A DNA stretch of 61,451 nucleotides, the filler included. It is 5 parts of 5 records of this genome, joined end to end, with 100 filler letters (N's around TTAATTAATTAA, not from the genome) between each part and the next. Parts side by side here need not be neighbours in the genome. Positions count along the whole stretch, not along the records: positions 57,031 to 61,451 come from SRR20825010_3360; 4 more parts are not named here. One strand, 5' to 3'. The position numbers and the translations under genes were made by a program. Within the stretch, counting starts at the first letter, position 1; the number at the start of each line of letters is the position of its first letter. Below, one piece after another: positions 58,979-61,451 of the stretch. The notes below the pieces were generated by a model that made no database searches, was not told the DNA's origin, and saw nothing but the letters and a program-made list of their open reading frames with translations.

Positions 58979-59726
58979 GCACCGCCGCGTGCGTCGGCGG
59001 GGCGTCGCGTTGGGCGACGATCTGCAGCGTGAACGCGACCGCGATCACCAGCACGCCGCTGTAGGTCAGCGCGAGCAGGCCGCTCGATGCCATTGAGAAC
59101 CGGTCGAGTTCCAGCACGAGCGCGAGCACGCCGGAGAGCACCGCGACGACCGCAAACTGCACCGCCGCCAGACGGAGCGGGTCGGCCGACGGCGCGAGCT
59201 TGCCGGTGAACGCCACATGCAGCGCCCAGAGCACCGCGCACGCGATGATGTAGGGATCGCCCGGCAGCAGGCCTCCCCGGGGTTCCTCGCCGGGCAACTC
59301 TCCGCCCATCTCGCGGCTGAGCAGCCACAGACCAACCACCGCCACCGCCGCACCGATCACGTGCGCCGCCCGCGGTCTCTGCCCGAAGGCCAACCCGACG
59401 ACGGGCACAATCAGCACGTAGAGCCCCGTGAAGAACCCCGCCCGCGCGGCGGTGGTGAACTCGATGCCGTGCTGCTGCAGCCACGCCGCCGCCGCCATGA
59501 TCGCCCCCAACCAGAAGCCTCCGACAAACTCCGCCCGCGCAGGTTTCCAGCGGGCCAGCGAGGCCAGCAGCACGCCGAGAATCGCAAACCCGATGAGGTA
59601 CCGGATCGCGTTGAACGACAGCGGACCCATCGAGCGTGCCGCGACGCGTTGGGCGATAAACCCCGAGCCCCAGATGGCCGCGACCAGCAGCAGGAGAAGA
59701 TCAGCACGGAGCGGTGATCGTTGCAT
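58800..59726 (-). CDS. DMT/EamA family transporter
   Basis: AAIWGSGF, AGFFTGLYV..VP and SLEAVFA..G...LGE. About 10 TM segments. Confidence 0.9.
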   Translation of the reverse strand: MQRSPLRADLLLLLVAAIWGSGFIAQRVAARSMGPLSFNAIRYLIGFAILGVLLASLARWKPARAEFVGGFWLGAIMAAAAWLQQHGIEFTTAARAGFFTGLYVLIVPVVGLAFGQRPRAAHVIGAAVAVVGLWLLSREMGGELPGEEPRGGLLPGDPYIIACAVLWALHVAFTGKLAPSADPLRLAAVQFAVVAVLSGVLALVLELDRFSMASSGLLALTYSGVLVIAVAFTLQIVAQRDAPPTHAAVLMSLEAVFAAVLGILLLGERLTPVEYAGCGLMLAGMLLSQLLPHKRTQAEKAKHIDPVR

Positions 59727-59780
59727 CGTGTCAGGATCTCCGCGGGCCGACCGATTCGAACGGCACGGCTGGGTCGGTGA

Positions 59781-61451
59781 CTACTCGGCCTTCCGCAGCC
59801 ACTCCTCTTCAATCTCGCCGAGCTCGGCCTGCAGGCTCTCGTGCTGGGCCCGCACCTTGGTGATCCGCTCGTGGTCCTTCCAGAGCTCCGGGTCGGCGAG
59901 CTGCTCGTCGAGCACCGCCACCTCGGCCTGGATCTCGCCCATGCGTTCCTCGAGCTGTTCGACCCGCATCCAGGAGAACCGGTTCTTGGACTTCGGCTTC
60001 GAGTCCGTGGTTGAGGGCGACGAGGAAGGGGCGGGCTGCGTGGTGCCCGCCGCGGGCCGCGCCGCGCCTTTGGGGTTCCGGCTGTTCGGCTCAGCCGCGG
60101 CCGCCCTGGACGCCACGCTCTCACGCCACTGCGTGTAGTTCCCAAAGAACACCTCCGCGTTGCCCCGACCGTCGAGCAGCAACAGATGGTTGCATGTCGC
60201 GTCGATGAGCGCACGGTCGTGGCTGATCAGGATCAGCGTGCCGTCGTACCCGCCCTCGCTCGCGAGCGCCTCCTCAAGCCGCTCAGCGCTCGGAATATCG
60301 AGGTGGTTTGTCGGCTCGTCGAGCACCAGCAGGTTCTTGGAGCTGGCCAGCAGCCCGGCCAGCACCGCCCGCGCCCGTTCGCCGCCGGAGAGCACGCCCA
60401 GTTCCTTCTCCTGGTCGGCCCCGGAGAACAGGAACGCGCCGGCCAGATCCCGGGCCGCCTGCTCTGAGAGCAACGCCCCCGGGTTCTCCTTGCGGATCAC
60501 GTCCTGGAGGTACCGGAACATCTGCTTGTCGGGGTCGAGGCCCTCGTGGCTCTGCTCGAAGTAGCCGATGCTGACGTTGGCCCCCAGCCGGCACGTGCCG
60601 CTGTCGGGCTCGATCTCCCCGAGCAGTGTGCGCACGACCGTCGTCTTCCCAGCTCCGTTTGGGCCAACCACCGCCCACCGCTCGCCGCGTTTGATCGAGA
60701 GCGTGAGGTCGGAGAAGAGGACTTTCTCTCCGCCGGAATCCAACGGGTACCGCTTGCTGATGTTCCGCGACGTGGCGACCACATCGCCGGCGCGCTCGGC
60801 CTTGGGAAGATCGAACGCAAACGAAGCAAGCTCGACCGGGCGTTCGAGCGTGCTGGTGTCCTTCTCGCGGTCGAGCCGCAGCTCGCGCCCCCTCGCCTGC
60901 TTGGACCGCTGCCCCGCCTTGTACTTCCGGATGAACGCCTCTTCCTGCTTGAACTTGGTCTGCTGATTCTCAAACGCCCGCAGCTGCGCCTCCCGCCGCT
61001 CGGCCCGGAGCTTGCGGAACTTGGCGTAGTTGCCGGGATAGTCGATCAGCCTCCCCTGCTCGACCTCCTCGATACGCGTGACCACATTGTCGAGCAGCCG
61101 CCGGTCGTGAGAGATGATCACAACCGCACCGGCAAACTCGGTGGTCAGGAACGACTCCAGCCAGAGACGGCCGTCGATATCGAGGTGATTCGTCGGCTCG
61201 TCCTGCAGCAGGACGTCCGGCTCATCCAGCAGCAGCTTGGAGAGCGCGAGCCGCGCGCGCTGCCCGCCGCTGAGGCTCTCAACCGGAATCGAGAACTGGC
61301 TGTCGGTAAACCCCAGGCCGTGCAGCACCGCGTCGATCTTGTGCCCCAGGGCATACCCCCCCGCGGCGACAATGCGCCGCTCCAGATCGTCCTGCCGCTT
61401 GAGCAGCCGCTCGAGTTCCTCCCCATCGGCCTCCGCCATCTCCTCATAGAC
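59781..61451 (-). CDS. ABC-F family ATPase (Uup/YheS-like); 5' truncated
   Basis: Two NBDs (LSGGQR..DEPTNHLD and GPNGAGKTT..LSGGER..DEPTNHLD), no TM segments, and a C-terminal coiled coil ending EEEW. Confidence 0.93.
   Translation of the reverse strand, partial: VYEEMAEADGEELERLLKRQDDLERRIVAAGGYALGHKIDAVLHGLGFTDSQFSIPVESLSGGQRARLALSKLLLDEPDVLLQDEPTNHLDIDGRLWLESFLTTEFAGAVVIISHDRRLLDNVVTRIEEVEQGRLIDYPGNYAKFRKLRAERREAQLRAFENQQTKFKQEEAFIRKYKAGQRSKQARGRELRLDREKDTSTLERPVELASFAFDLPKAERAGDVVATSRNISKRYPLDSGGEKVLFSDLTLSIKRGERWAVVGPNGAGKTTVVRTLLGEIEPDSGTCRLGANVSIGYFEQSHEGLDPDKQMFRYLQDVIRKENPGALLSEQAARDLAGAFLFSGADQEKELGVLSGGERARAVLAGLLASSKNLLVLDEPTNHLDIPSAERLEEALASEGGYDGTLILISHDRALIDATCNHLLLLDGRGNAEVFFGNYTQWRESVASRAAAAEPNSRNPKGAARPAAGTTQPAPSSSPSTTDSKPKSKNRFSWMRVEQLEERMGEIQAEVAVLDEQLADPELWKDHERITKVRAQHESLQAELGEIEEEWLRKAE

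Overview
This is not one locus. Five unrelated contig fragments are joined by 100-bp N spacers that carry an all-frame stop linker (TTAATTAATTAA). (1) 1-5187, alphaproteobacterial: a 2-aminoethylphosphonate-type ABC transporter, a hemerythrin with an FNR box, an Sfp PPTase, an orphan flgC-like gene with a CtrA box, and an EndoU nuclease/YacL-like pair. (2) 5288-23566, Flavobacteriaceae: yegP, a candidate small RNA or small peptide unit, a LytTR remnant, sirC, a PorP/SprF plus DUF11 T9SS adhesin, a leaderless CxxC/RPPP leader ORF ahead of a TonB receptor and two His-rich DUF4625 lipoproteins, an RNR with the ATP cone on NrdB, and a DxDxDG-repeat surface protein. (3) 23667-29167, alphaproteobacterial general-stress island with back-to-back EcfG promoters, lrp and the start of ehuA. 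(4) 29268-56930, Marinobacter-like: a (6-4) photolyase, moaA/nsrR, a desaturase-reductase-FabR/DesT cluster, a wax ester synthase, cidA/lrgB, a YncD-like receptor, yeaG-yeaH-spoVR, tpm, a hydroxyacid dehydrogenase, an orphan MalE plus chemoreceptor, yihY, HDOD and DUF445. (5) 57031-61451, high-GC and probably Phycisphaerales: bcp, a DMT transporter and an ABC-F. The best candidates for under-described biology are the CruR-like ribosome-arrest leader on a metal-uptake operon (12779-17030), the EndoU-YacL pair, the 5937-6100 small transcript, and the MalE-MCP sensory pair. Taxonomy and family calls come from recognising motifs by eye, not from database searches.
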